Source: Styela clava
Lineage: Eukaryota
Reading direction: 5' to 3'
DNA length: 64,000 nucleotides
NCBI RefSeq assembly: GCF_964204865.1
Contig: NC_135260.1
Location: 14,570,001-14,634,000 of the forward strand
Part shown: piece by piece, positions 25,201 to 40,200 of the stretch
Layout: each line of letters begins with the position of its first letter
Position numbering within the stretch: position 1 is the stretch's first letter
Notes under the pieces: model-generated
What the model was told of the DNA's origin: nothing
The model's input: only the letters and a program-made list of their open reading frames with translations
The model's database searches: none
Program-made: the position numbers and the translations under genes

Positions 25201-28200
25201 CAAATTAACAGTTTTATTTTTATTTTACTCATACACATAATCATATGAGCAACATACCATTTTAAAGTCGTGTTAGACGAGCAATACTCTAATTAATAAA
25301 TAATCACGTAATAGGTGGAGGTATATACAGGGTTTAGATTTAGACCATTTTGAACAGTTCAATAAATTTACAAAAATTATTACTGGCATATATGTAAGAT
25401 ATATGTTTTTCACGGAGAAAAATTCTATGACTCTTAAAAAGAAATTTCTGCAGCGATGACACGGATTTCGTTGATATACGATAACTAGAACACGTTTCGT
25501 CTAATTCAAATAAACACAGCCGATAATGCGATAATAAAAGGGCGTCGGAGTCCGATTGACCGCACAGCAATAAAAAAAGCAAATAAAGTTATTATTTCAC
25601 ATTTTTAAGATTGAATAAAACAGCAAAAACAAAATAACGTTAGACAACGCATAACCGAATAAGGCGTCACCGACCAATGGCGAGTATTAAAAGTTGCACT
25701 CAGCGAGAAGTTGTTGTGGATCGATCTTTCGCAGAATTGATTCAACTGGTAAGAATGTCTAATACAATATGATTAAGAAGTCAGCTTTCATCCAACGACC
25801 TTGGGACGAAATGAAATCTAACTTATGACGTCAAACAAAAATGAGATATTAAACCCGACCACTAAGGTCGCAATAGAGCCGCAAAGTCTATAAAGAGGTT
25901 TTATGACTGTCACAAAACATGCATACCTTTGCGAGCGCGCTTTCGTTGTTGACGACAACACCAAATGTCGGTATTGTTTTGAACTTGAGAATATTTTCAC
26001 GATGTTTGTTTGCTTTCTTGTTTATACCTGTCAAATAAAAATAATAAATAAATAGATTAAAAATCTAGGTTGGCCAGCAACGAGGTGAGAATTCGTAAAT
26101 TACAGACAGAGATGCAAAAGTTACCCACGTAAAGAAATATAATCAAGGTACATACACAGCACATACATATGAATAGAACTACTGGAAGTGACAGATGTTT
26201 GTTGGATAACATGAAAAATTTATTTGTAAAGTAAGGTGTCTGGATTTGAGTCAACTAATAGTATCAGAAGCATTAGCATCCTGTAGAGACACATCTGGTA
26301 CTATAAGGCAAATAATACGTTTGACGGCCACATTTATAATAAGTTAATACAAATTCGGGAAAATATTTTGATACTGTTTTGCACTAGGAAAACTAAATGA
26401 TCTTTCTAAGTAATAAACGCAAGTTTTATAGCAGAACAATAAAAAATAAGATTGTTTATCTCAGTTAGGTCAAAATTCTTCATTTGAACAAAGAAAAATC
26501 ATTTTCTCCTTTTTATTTAATTCATTTTAATTGCCATCTACAAGTAACTGTAGTTCTTTAAGAATATTTTATTATTTTTTATACAATCTTTTCAAAAGAA
26601 TTCCTGAAATTTATATCGTCAGACCAAAACAAGTCAACATATAAGAGTGCTACAAAAATTCAAAATCAAAAAGTCAAAAATTTAAAAAGTTGAATTTTTT
26701 GAACGCACGAAATCGGCATATTACGACAGTTTTGAATCCAGTTGTAACAAAACACAATAATAAATGCTGTAATGTACCTGAGACCATTCCCATAACTTTG
26801 CAATTGGGGTTGAGTTGATATTTTGTGCTGGGTTTGTGATTTTGCTTAATTGCTGCGTAATTCGGAGACGCTGGTCTTGGTTCCTCTTCTGGGTCAGTTG
26901 TCATCATGTCATCTTGGTGATCTACAGAAGAAAAATTTTTACAGGTCAGAATTTTTTTTTTAAATATATGATATCAACCGGAAAGTACCGGATATACACG
27001 CTTCATTTCCAGGTCGATACATATTCAAATATTCTACTTTAATGTAAAATCAATTGGAAATTATAAAATAAATTGAAATGTGCTAAATAAAACGGTTGTT
27101 TCTAAGTCAACCAAGTACATGCGTGAAGACACGAAAATTGGCATTTTCCTATTTCTAGTATTATAAGATAAAATTCATCCGAAGAATATTACGCGTTACG
27201 GCCTAAACGTGACGGCCTGATTTTTTTGTCGTCCTCTGGAACCCCCGGGGCGAATTTATTCTTCAATATGAAGAGGGAATAATATAATGAGATATACTGA
27301 TATTTCGTCACGCCGCGCGCTTAGTGTGTGTGCATGTGTTTATTTATTTATTCATGTCTATCCGTGTGATAAATTATCTAAAAAAATGATGATTATACCG
27401 ATCAAGTAAGGTACAGTAGTAAACACCACACAATTTTTTTTTTTTTATAAATCCTAATGTCAGATTTAGTGATGCTGGTATTAAGATATGGGAGCCGCCA
27501 GACGCAAATGCGTTGGCAAAAATCGACAAGTCAACGAAGGAACAGATGCGTCTGGTCAGTAATTTCACTGAAATAATCCCCCCTATCAGAGGTTAACAAT
27601 CAAAATATCGATTCGGAGGCAAATTGCACACATTCAGAATCCAATTTGTACATAACAATTGACAAATATGCAAAATACGTACTGGTGATCGACCGAGCAC
27701 AAGCTGGCTCATAACAGTAACAGTGCTTTATACATCCGTTTAAGCAGGGCCTGTCGCCTTGAAACAAGTCACCGTTTGTAGTCCTGCCGTCCGCATGGAA
27801 ATCTTTATGAAGTTGCACGGTGAACGACCGGGTGGCGGCGTTCCATGACGCCGACACACCTTCTGCGGCAAAATATGTATCTTTCTCGAGGGATGAAGCC
27901 AGGCTGGCAACATGGGAACATATCCTATGAGCATGATACTCTGCCGTTTGATTTATGTCCGGGTGGGAATGGGGGCGGATAACAGCAGCATAGTTGTTAT
28001 TGTTGACGTCGTCAGTAGCAGCCACCGGCAAAGAAGACCTCCTGGTCGACGGTGGCTTGTTAATAGATCTAGCCTGTGACACTCTCCTTTTCATATTATT
28101 CGGTAGCATAAATTGTTCGCTATATCTTCGGTTTGCCGTACAAACAGACATGGCAACTTTTGCCTTTTTAGAAGACTTTGAATGAGACGATTTGAACCGT

Positions 28201-31200
28201 TTCGGTTTCAGTACCGCCACGGCGGCCTGGGCCTCCTTCTGGGATCTCGCCCTTGATATTAAATTCCACTCCTCGGTAGTAAGATAACGATCGTCGGAAT
28301 CCGGGCGCTTAAGATTTGCGAAATATTTGATAACCATGTCGCAAAATTGCATGACGTGGTTCGTAATAACTAATTTTAAAGGGTCTATTCTATGGAACAA
28401 AATAAAGACATTTATCGTTTGAACAAACCCATTCACACTATACTAGCTAACATAATTCAAGTGCAAATATCACAATATTAATTTTCTAAAACCTACTCAA
28501 AATCTACAACTACAAAATATATAATTCTTTCTGGCGCGTAACATCCTACCTCCCAAGCCTCACTGGTAGACTGAGCATCCGCGGCCTGTCAGTGAGTAAT
28601 AATATACCCGGAAAGGTCTGTTTCCATTGACGTCATTGCGTCGCTCGCTGGGAGCAAGAAAGAAACAGAGCAGACGAGCGAGAACAAAAACGAGAGAAAA
28701 AGACAAAAAGAGCAGAGCGGGCGCCCAATCGAAAATTGCATTGCTGCGACGCTTCAACCCGACTTTTCGAATCGCATTATGTTACATTTCATTTGTATAG
28801 GGAAGACAAAATTCGAATAGTTTAATTATAAAGAATTCACAATGTTCAAAATATTTCAGATATATATCGCACTGATCTTGCGATCATTATACATTTTTGA
28901 TATGTCAATTTTAGTTTGAGACTCGTCTATATTCTCCAAAATGATTGGTATAAGTTTAAATGGCATATTCATACTCTTGGACATTCGTTCTTTAATCATC
29001 GAATTTATTGATCACGGCTGAATCTAATTGGTTTTGACGTCAGGCACGCCGTGTCCAGTAACAGAATCCGTTTGACGTCACTACGAAAACGTGTCTCTAC
29101 CGCTTATTCATAGGTGTAGCTGGACTTCGTTCATTCTTTTATAATTTTCATCGAATTCCTACTAAAACCATCAAGGTACTGTTGAGATGCGATACACTAA
29201 AAATGGGCATGGTATATAGATATCTCACTTTTTTTATCTCAGGACTGCAGCGCGAAAACGCCTTAAACACGCCCACTGGGTCAGCGGGGTACGCTGATCC
29301 AAAGGCATGGGACGCATACCACATGGCAAAAATCCAGATACGCTATCGCTAAATACTGGTACGCGAATATCACGCCATGTGATAGAAGAAATATGGGGTC
29401 ATTGAAGGCTAGGTAGGTCTGGGGACGTCACATACTCGGAAGTTTACGCACACGATGGAAAACCGACGCAAAACGTCACGTAAAGTCAATAAGATGACAC
29501 ATACTAGTACTAGTATATTATATTAAATTATAACCATGAAAGTGGGGCATACACGAGTGAGTCGCTCCAAACGGGGGCGTATTATTGACGTCATCAATGA
29601 TGTAAGGCTAATTTGATCAACAAAGCGTAATTGTCTTTACTAGTATTTATGCGTAAAATATTTTAATTAATGTAATCCAACAATTCGTTACGTATGTGAT
29701 AGTAGTGCATGAGATAAATGCGATAAATACACGACCAAATACACTCAGGTACGTATGATTTTTGTTACGCGATAGAAGGAATTTATTAAAATGGAAAAAA
29801 AAAATACTAAATCAATTGATGATATCATGAGAAATACTTAAAATTGCAAGTATGGCCATAAGGAATATACAGAAAATAATTCCGGATTCTCTATCGGAAA
29901 TGAGTAAAAAATGGGAATCTCAAACTTCCATACAAAACTTGTGAATGTTTTTCCCCGTATGTGCTATATATACTGCACCCATTGTTACTTGACCGTTTAT
30001 TTAAACCTTAACTTCAATTCAATCTGTATTGGAAGCAAATGAAAGTCCCACAAAATAACGCTTTTATGTATAGTAGTAATGTTATATCACAAAAATAGCC
30101 GCGAACATGTTCTGGTTGCATTATTCAACGTAACAATAGAAAAATACCAAGGTCATTGTTTTACCGAATGCACATGACAACTACCAAGAACATCAGGCTA
30201 ATTTAATAGGGAATAGCTCCAGAAATGACATAACGGAATATATCAATTGTTTTTAAAATGCACGCCCTGTTATTGTCTGTTTGATGACGGTCATTGCTTG
30301 GGGAATGGAAATTTCAATATTATAATTTATCCGGGAATTACTCACAAAAAATACAAAAACGCAAAAAAAGAATGTGGGACAACCCAGAATAGAAAAATGA
30401 CTTCCTTTTTTGATCAATGTTCAACATTGAATTTGAATTTGTCGTTCTGATGTATAATATATGGAAAGCAGTAATTAATGCACGAGGTAACGACTCACAA
30501 TTTTGCCCATAGTATGGACCATACCAAACCGATGGTTATGATCGAACATAATGTTTAACGACACACTTTACTGGTTGCAGGGCGCATCCAATTACTAACT
30601 GGACAGACATCTCTACCAACGGCCTATAGATTTAAATCAGACATCTGTTGATAAAATTCAACAAAAAGCTACAATTATGTGTATCGATTGTCATACTATA
30701 CAACCTTCAATCAGCAACGTGATAATATAGACATATTATACCATGAAATCGATATCAGGTTATGACAATCGACGAAATGCTATCGAATTTAACGGTAATG
30801 AGATCTCCTGCTGTGCTGCACAAGGGGATGAATTATTGCATGTGAATAATTGTCTTGCTGTAAACGCGAAAGTATCGTAATACGAAATCGCGGTTTTCGT
30901 CCGTCTGCACGTACTTTTGACGTAACAATTGGTGACATTAGTAAAGTAATCAACAGAGTAATCACTGTTCGGAATTATGCATGGATATTTCATTTTGAAA
31001 TATACTTTTTTCGAAAATCAAATAGAATTTCAGCAATTCACAGCAATGTGAAATTGTCTCCAGCGGATACCTGATACTAGATCACAGCGTCTTCATCGAT
31101 GAAATTTACTATCATTGATTGAAATTGTGGGGAACAGATTTCCCCCAATGACGTCATTGGTGGCTTTATCAGAGACCTAATTGGACTGAACTTAGCTTTT

Positions 31201-34200
31201 ATTGTATTTGTTTAGCCTACTGAATGATCGCTAATGCTAACAATAAGATTTGATTTGAAACCGCTACATATTTGCATATAGAAATAAATAACCTTGAAAA
31301 TTCAGTCCGATGTGCTCTATTTGGGGCTAAATAACCAGGTAAAGTCATCAACGGATTACTACATAGTGATCCAACCAAATCCTGTTAACTTTTCGTTATC
31401 ATCAATTTGGTTGAAAAAGGCAGTTGTTGAAATGTATAAGATACATCCATTCTTTGACGTAAAAGCACTTATGAGTAAAGTACTAGGGTATCGAAGCGAC
31501 TGGAGTGCTCATCTGGTTTTAAGACAACAAAACACCGAATCATGTTCTCCAATATACGGTACTGTAAATGTTGTAATACATCGTATCATACTTATAATGT
31601 GGGTATATTTTTAAACGTGAAGTGATGGGCGATTGCGTAAACATGTGGTCTATAGGCTCCCAACCATAATATTATTAGGGAAAACCCAACAAGCGAATTT
31701 ACGCCCAACAAGTTACATTAGTGATATAACGTGGTGTATATAAACTATATACCATTTACGGACCTTGATTTTCATAAAAAAATGATAACAAATATATAAA
31801 TCATAAATTGGAATTTACAACTTTCTGATTCATCTCATGATCTTTCTCTGAAAATCCCCCAATTGTCCCCAATTTTAAAAGAAACAATGCATATTTCGTT
31901 ACAATATATAATACTTTAAGCCGACCATTTTGACCACATTCACTTTTACCCTGATCCAATGCCGACTGTCGAAACCAATTAGCCATTTAAAAACGCTAAT
32001 TAAGGTACAATACCCTGCTAAACGATTATATTTCGAGATACTTAAAAGGGAAATCGTCATTAACTGATTTTCTATAAGCTACGTAGAAAGTTAAATACCT
32101 TATTATTTGTCCAAAATGAAAGATTACCATAATATTAATCAGAGAGTAGGATGTGTATAATTATAATCGTAATAAGAATGACAAAAATGTGGCCCGCCTC
32201 TTTTAATATAGTACAAGGTCAACGTTGTGTTTCGCGAGGAAGCATAAGGTTGAAAAAAATAAAACACAGGTTATGAGGCAGGAGGAGCTGATAGTAAGTA
32301 TATACGTATACTATTGATTTAGTATTCTTAAATACACAAAAAAAAATAACTTTCGAATTCTAAAACACCCTATTCCGATTACCTTTAGTCGGGCGTACTT
32401 TTAAATTTAGACTATATGCATACTGAGCACTGACACAATTCTTCAAAAAAGTCCTGGCAAGATTATCCAGGGTGACCAGTAAAGCAGATTCTAGAGAGGA
32501 AATAACTTTTGTGTACAGCCGTGTACAAACAAGAAGTTAAGTCGTAATAAATTTTCTTCATTTTCGTAGAAGTTATTAAGAAATGTATGGGTTCTGTTTT
32601 GGGGGACCCCCTAAATACCTATATATAATAGTGAATATACTGAAATCAACATTATTTTGCTATTGTAACAATTTAAAATCACGAGATCCCCATGCAACAA
32701 AAATAAAGACTCAACTATAGTATACACAAAACCCATGAGTGTGCTATTTTGAATGTACCACCAGTGATGACAAAAGATAATTAGATAAAATTGTGTACCT
32801 ACCACGATAAGACAACGAGTCACGGGAGTCGGAAAATCGCCAATTCCGCATACAATTCGTGAGCAAATGGAAATTGAAAATGAATTGTTATCAACATGTT
32901 ATTTGTTTTCGAAATCCCGACTTAATTTCAATTAGTATTTCGAAGTGATACACAGTCCCTAACTCCTGTATGTTGTTTATTGTTGATATTTTCATCCGTG
33001 AGTGAGCTGATATCTTATACTAGACCCAATTCGTTCATATAAATAAATATAAGTAATATACAAAGCAGTTGGTTATATCTTCCCAATGCGTATATGTCAG
33101 CACACGTTCTGTAGCGGTGAGACTGTGACGTCACATACGCTATTGTAGTTTTCGCAATGGCGGGGAACGTGGCTTAGCCAACATTTTGCGTCGGTAAAAC
33201 AAGCTCGACCACATTTAAAAAAACATAAAATCATCACCCCGCGCTTGGTTAGAAGTATATAAAATTACACGCGGTAGAAACTAGTGTTCCCTTGGGACAT
33301 TCGATCGTATTCTAGTTACCCCTACCGGGTACGTCTTTACTATTGCGTAAGATTGTCGCGCAGCTCTACTGAAAGTGGTGATGAAAAGTCGCCGGGTTCG
33401 AAATGTAATTCCCCAGCGTAACGTAATTACTTGCGTGCGTAGTTTCAGAACTCCAAAGAAATGACAATATTATCTTCGATTGCACAATGTGGTTTGCTGA
33501 TTCAAGAAAGTCGCAAGGGGCGAAAGTCCGTTCGGGGAGTTTGTAAAGCTGAAAATGCCGTACAACCAATCATGATGGCTATGGTGTAGGTGTGTATTGA
33601 TAAGAATGGCGCAGCCTCGAATGATGGCAAACAGTACAGCGAAGACAAAGAATGCCCGAGAACAATAAATTCTCTCCACAAAAATTACATTCATCTTTGA
33701 TTCATATTAGGCAAAGAAGTGTTAATTAAGGATTAGCTTCACAGAAGCGACAAAATAACCTCTAAATTGAAAATTTCGGAGAGATTTTATAACAGTGTGA
33801 ACCGCAAAGATAAATCACCCGCAAAACAACAAATATTTAATATTATTTCAAAACATGCAATCAGTGCAAATACAAACAACATGCATCCATGTTGTTGACT
33901 CGTATTTTACAAGTAATACAAACATAACCAGAAATATGCCAATTCAAACATTTTACATAAGTCGCTGGTGAGTTCAATAGGTTACAATACATATGTGAGT
34001 TAGGTTGACTTCTGGTCAGTTCATATAGTTGGTCAGTTGCCAATATGGCCATTTGACGCGTGAAATTTGTGATTACTTAGCAGCGTAATGGATATTTCTT
34101 TGGGGGGATGCTTTGAAGTCAACAATATAGGCTTCCACCACCGTATACACGGTGTACACCGGTGTAAGTATAGACATAAAATTGAAAAAAAAAAAAATTT

Positions 34201-37200
34201 GCGACAATAAACCCCACCAAAGTTACGATATTTAATCAAAATACAAGCATTACACAGAACAACTTTGTAATATTGATATGACGTATGTATATTAATGTTA
34301 CTTGGTTTTTATGTACAAAACGGACATTTAATAGTCTCAGAAGTACAAAGAATGACATTAGTTCTTATGACGAATCAGACCGTTGCGCCTTCATCACTTC
34401 AGTCACCGAACGATGACAAGTGAATCTTAATGTTTATAAACACAGACCACATCAAGGGATAATCATGACGTCATATGTCTTCAATTTCACTTTTGAACTT
34501 GAAACGCCCACTGCACCACAAGATATCAGTAAACATATCTCGAGCCTAGAGTCTCAAAATGAAATAACCCAACAAGGCAAGACGTGTTCTATCCAAACAT
34601 CACTGATTAAAATATAGTTTTGTTCCATATTCAAATTCATAAACACCAATTTGTTTATAATAAGTCAAGTCGAAATTCAAATGTCGTAGTTTTTTTTTTA
34701 TTTGGTTATATATAAAGATTACATGGATATTATATTTTTATGTCCAACCGTCGTTACCCTAATTTAATTACCCGACACCACATGCAAACTAGGCCAAGAT
34801 AAACATCTAAACAGCAATAAAATGCCGTAAACAGTATCAATTAGCTATATAATAGTATATTTATTTTGAGTAAATAACATAAAAATTACCCTACATCATA
34901 CTGGTATTCATTTTTAAATTAGAATACCAGTGCTATAAACTCATATTGCATAGACAGCAAGTTGGAACAAATAGGGTTGTACCGATAGTTAAAGAAGATA
35001 TCGAGATTACCGGAAGAGGTCAATGTTAGTGAATGTAAGCAGTCCAATGGAACTCGTCATAGGTTTAGTTACATAAAGCTATTTGTATATGAAAAAATAG
35101 AAATGCAGTGCTCATTTGTACCAGCTGTCAGAGTTTGTCACACCACGACGCGACAACTAAATTTTAAAAAAAGGTCTGAACAAGCACGAAGGAAACAATA
35201 TGCAAAAATATGAAAAATGAAAACAAACGCAAATTGAATTCCATTTAAAGACATATCACACAGTATGTCATATAAACGTGTAAATCATAAAAGGAAAATT
35301 CCAGTCAATTTCTCAAAGTGCACTTATCCCAATAGTTTCTAAATATTTAATAAATACCAGTACTAATTTCAATAAGCTTTGTCCAAGTGCTGATAAAAGT
35401 CAACTTATTTTTCTCGAAAAAAAAAAAGAAAAAAAATGAAACAAGAAGCTTGCGTGCCGCCGTCAAATTATCTAAGGTACGGAGCGACAATTAAGATATA
35501 TTTGCACATTCGCTAATGCTTGTCGTTTGACCACAAGACGAATTAACTCGTTAATCCGACTAAATTGTCCAATGTATGTCATGAGTAATATAGCTAGCCA
35601 CTGAAACCTAGACACTAGAAAATCCGTTTATTAAATAAGAAAAAGGTAAAAATTAGATGAATTTCACATTTCCCACAAGTAATTACTCAAATTCGAATAA
35701 GTATTGTTAGATAACAATGCTTATTTTCACAGTGAACTTCAGTCAAATATAACAATATGCAAAGAACAAATAGTGTTGTAAATGAAAATGACAACACAGT
35801 AGAGGAATCGTGGTCCCGTTCCATAAAAAGTTAAAATTTCCTATAACATAACTAAACAGTATCTATATGCATCAAATCGCTTAATTTACGAATGAATTTA
35901 CTGTAAAAAGCGAGATATTTTCTGCAATTTTCAGAATTTTACTGGGATATTTGGAGCAATTAATATTCCTCGCGTGCTATGAAAAATTATACTTCGATGT
36001 CTCGTGTTGTCGAGGTTATTACATTGAGTCAATCAAGATATAATTATTTTATAAACCCATCATTTAAAACGTCATAATAGCGTAATCATATTTTATTTTT
36101 GCTGAGTTATAACATGACTAATTACTAGAAAGCGAACGACATTTTTCACGATCCAAACACACCACATATAAGCATAATTTTCTATTTTTTGTGACACTAT
36201 ATTTTTGCAGAATATATTGATCATTCTAAAACCATTCTAACTGGCGATTCAATCAATAATGCGTTTCTAAATTCTGCCACAATTCTTAAGATTAAATAGT
36301 ATTCCCTAATTAAAGGCTAGACAAAGGCCTTTGGGATTGGTTAAATTTGTTGAAATCAAATGGCAATAACAAATTAGGAAATCGGATGTCATCTCATCAC
36401 TATTACACATACATCGTCAACGCGCTCATTACTTGAATTAATTACAGGCATCACGCGTATAGCGGGAGAAAACGTCTTCTCTTTGATGTATTACAGATAC
36501 CACATTAGGCCGTCTTACAATAAAACACAATAACAGGCCAGGGATGAAAGCCGTGGGCTGGAGACATTAATTTCTTCACAAAAGGCGCGTTTCCGCTATC
36601 GACGAACGTAATGAACGGTTATAAGCGGGATAGAGAATGCTAAATTCAATTAATAAGTCTCAATATAGGCGATTTCACAAAATTTCGTGTCGGTCGCTTC
36701 CAGGTAAAATGCGTAATATACCAATAATCCGAAAAAAGCAAAACTACGCATTCATGAATATGACCCTCACTTAAATCATGCTTCATTAGAGATAGCTCAT
36801 TATTGGCCAATGCTAGGTTTCGAAAAGTCAGAATATGGACGTATTTACTACAAAATATCTTTCAAATTGAGCTCAAAATATCCCGGATAATCCTTATTCA
36901 TTGCTGGACAAAGAAACTGCCAATTAGAGGCAAAACATCCTACTATGTGAAAAATTTTCCCTTTGAGTATTGTATTCGTTACAATTTATAATTTTATTCA
37001 CTACAACCATAATAGATGATTATGAGTAAAATATAAATGGTCAGCACTAGAAGAACGCCCACTTATATTCAGCCGTATAGTATAGTACATAACAGACACA
37101 TACCCAATTTGCTATAAAGGTATTATTGGAGATGTCTGTGGTATAGAAAGTGTCTTTTTAGTTTTAATTGATGATTATCAATTTTTGAGTAATGTAAATA

Positions 37201-40200
37201 CATGTCTTTCAAGATTAAAATCAAAAGTGCAAACACGTATAATTTAACGATCTGAAACATATTATAACAGTTTATATCGATCTCGAATTTTATATAATAT
37301 AGATAAATCAGATACGCGCGGTTACAATATAGGCAAATTATTTTTATCTAAGTAAATTGTGCGTAACAATACATTAACTATGATTGCATAGATTCTCGAA
37401 AAACGTTTTGAAGTGCAATATACTTTAAAAAATCGTTCGTTAAATTTTTTTAAATTAATAATGTTAATAAACGCTCGCAAGACCATTAAAGACGTTATAA
37501 ATTCTTAGAATGATTTACTATCGCACGTCCATAATATTTACTTTACATAAAATACTTCTTATTGGCCCTTTCCTCAAAAGATATGCGACATGTCGTAAAA
37601 AAAGCTCTTATAGCGAGCCGCTGCATTTCCCAATATTCGAAATCCACAACAAAACCGTAAATTCCAATCATATTTATAGCTTTTTACCTAAAAAAAAAAA
37701 TTTGCCTCATAAATTTATAATAATGCTTGCGTGTACGACATTATGACAAAGTGACATAGCACAAATTGAAAAATATGTATCTAACGAAAATTTGGGTCCA
37801 TGTCACCTCGCTACTGTTTTGAACTATAAAGTCAATTAAATGAAGACGAAACGGTCCACAAGACGTGATATCATACACCAAAGTACATTATACTAATGAA
37901 AATGGTCTAAAATAAAAAGCCCCTCTAAGGTGGCATAAACAAAAATATTGTTCTGTTTTTAGCTGGAATGGGTCATTCTCTATCCCGTGTATTATATCAG
38001 GAAAAAATACTACGGTATCGGATACTGGTCCCGTTCGATTTACCCTAAATCGTGTTTATTTATTTATGTTTCATTGGGAGCGCAAACAATAAACAATGTA
38101 TGGCGTCCATTAATTCGTCAACGAAATAATCATCAGTGCTTGTTTGGGACAAATTCTCAAAAAAAAAATAATTCTAAAAAAAATATGTTTGTTTTGGCGG
38201 ACAATGATCGACAACAACAGACACGTAGGCCATTTATATATTATTCGCGAAAACGAACAATATTTGAAAATATTTGAGAGAGTCGGTACTAAAACAATAT
38301 TAATAGAATCCATTGAGCCTGTCCCCAGTGTATTTTAAATGGAACCTAATTTCTTCAAAAACATTATGACGAAATCAAGACAAAGTGCAAATGGGTCCAA
38401 GTGGATCGAAAATGAACTTTTATGAACAATTTATCACTTTGATACTCAACAAAGAATGTTATGTACGATTGAGACTTGTGGTTTTCCCAAATTCAACCAA
38501 AATAACATGTATTTACAAAATGAGAAAATTGGGCTGAGCAGGCGAAGGCATGTCTGTAGACATGCCTAAAGAACACTGTTTGTTGATATATTAAAGTAAA
38601 AGGGGAAGTAATGAAAAACGGTAAATTAATATGGTAACTATTTTGCCAGCTTCGGGCAAGCCAAGGTTTGCCTTACCTGAAATGGGTTGATTTTTATTGA
38701 AAATGGTTTTGCTGCAAAGCAAATCACAATATGTATTATAATATCTCAGTCAGCAGTCTCGTATCGAATAAGTAATGTAGATGGTAAGCATTATCGTAAA
38801 CAGACAAAGAGTTTGATATATTGACACCGGTCATGAGGGCGTTCTGCTCACCAGGAACCACTTCCGTCATGTATTTAGTAACAAAATATTTACGTCTTTC
38901 ACGCATTTGCTCTATTTACTTTACGCATATACCGCTTCACAGGAAGCATCGATGGCATCATAACGCAAACTATATCTTGTTCTGGAAAGTGTTACCATTT
39001 TATTATGATTATTTATTAATACGCGATTTAGTAGCCTAATTAAGCCTGTTGACAGGATATTATTTAGCGGCAGCGTATTAGAAGAGCGATCAAAACATGG
39101 AACTTATTTTCTACCTGGAACTGAATAATATCATATATAGGGAATATGACGTCATACAATATATTGACCAATCAGAATTTATGTAACGAATCAACAAGAT
39201 ACACCTTTTATGTGTTTATAATTTATCAGCAAAGCACTCACCATAAAAGCTTATACCTGGATTAAATTCTAATCTGAGTAAATCTAAAATTATTTTCAAT
39301 CACGGAATGTGGTTTAAAGTTTGTCAGTTGAAATCCCTATTTCCAGTAAATACACTAATGCGATACCTTTATACCAAAAAAGTGAAGTCAAATAAAAATT
39401 GAAAAAGTTGGCAGACTAAAGCAAAACAGTAAACGCCCGGGCTCTTTTTTCAGGACGGGCCAAGTGAAATCCAACACGATTGAAACGTGAACATTTCATT
39501 TTTTTTTTAAGAGCTTCAGTTATGTGGAATTCACCGCTTCAGATCTCGCTATATTTCTTTATAGTTTCATTGTGGCAGCACCTAACATTGCTCAGAGGTG
39601 AGTCTGCATTACCTCTGAGTAATGGACTATAGTTTTTTTTTATTGCCGAAAGCTAGACGTGCTACATAAGAAAGGGTGATTTTACTATGTTTTCTATTCA
39701 TCTGAGAAAAACGCCGCTGTTTTTAGTCGAAATAATTTGTGAACTGATTTAAACTGGATTTTGAGGGCAAATTCCTCGATGTATAATTTAAATCAAATTT
39801 ATTCAGGATTTCAAGCTTTATTAAATCTAATAAATTATTCCTGGTCAACAAATTCAGACCACGGAGTTGTTTTTCAGGCGAAATTACATGCATGACTAAA
39901 CAATGAACAAAAGTCGGGTTTGACGTCACGGGAAAGAGTCACGTGGTGCGTAATTCAGTGGATCGATATTTCACATCCGTCCAAGCGAAAAAAATTTAAC
40001 CATCTTGAAGAAAAATTTCAAGCCTGTCAATTATGGTAAGTGGAGATTATAGATTGAAAAGGGAATTTGCTACTGTGACGAATTGTAATTTATAAAATAG
40101 TCTGACGATGAAAATGTTTAATTTCACTAAAATTGCAAGTAGCGTGATGAGCACATTCCGATAAAAAATAAAGCGTGTTGTTGGTGGTATATTTATCGTA

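Noticed and set aside
33366-33694. Minus-strand ORFs as an alternative PDE4 first exon
   Set aside because: The frame with a phase-1 GT starts at TTG right after a stop; the ATG frame ends without a suitable donor.
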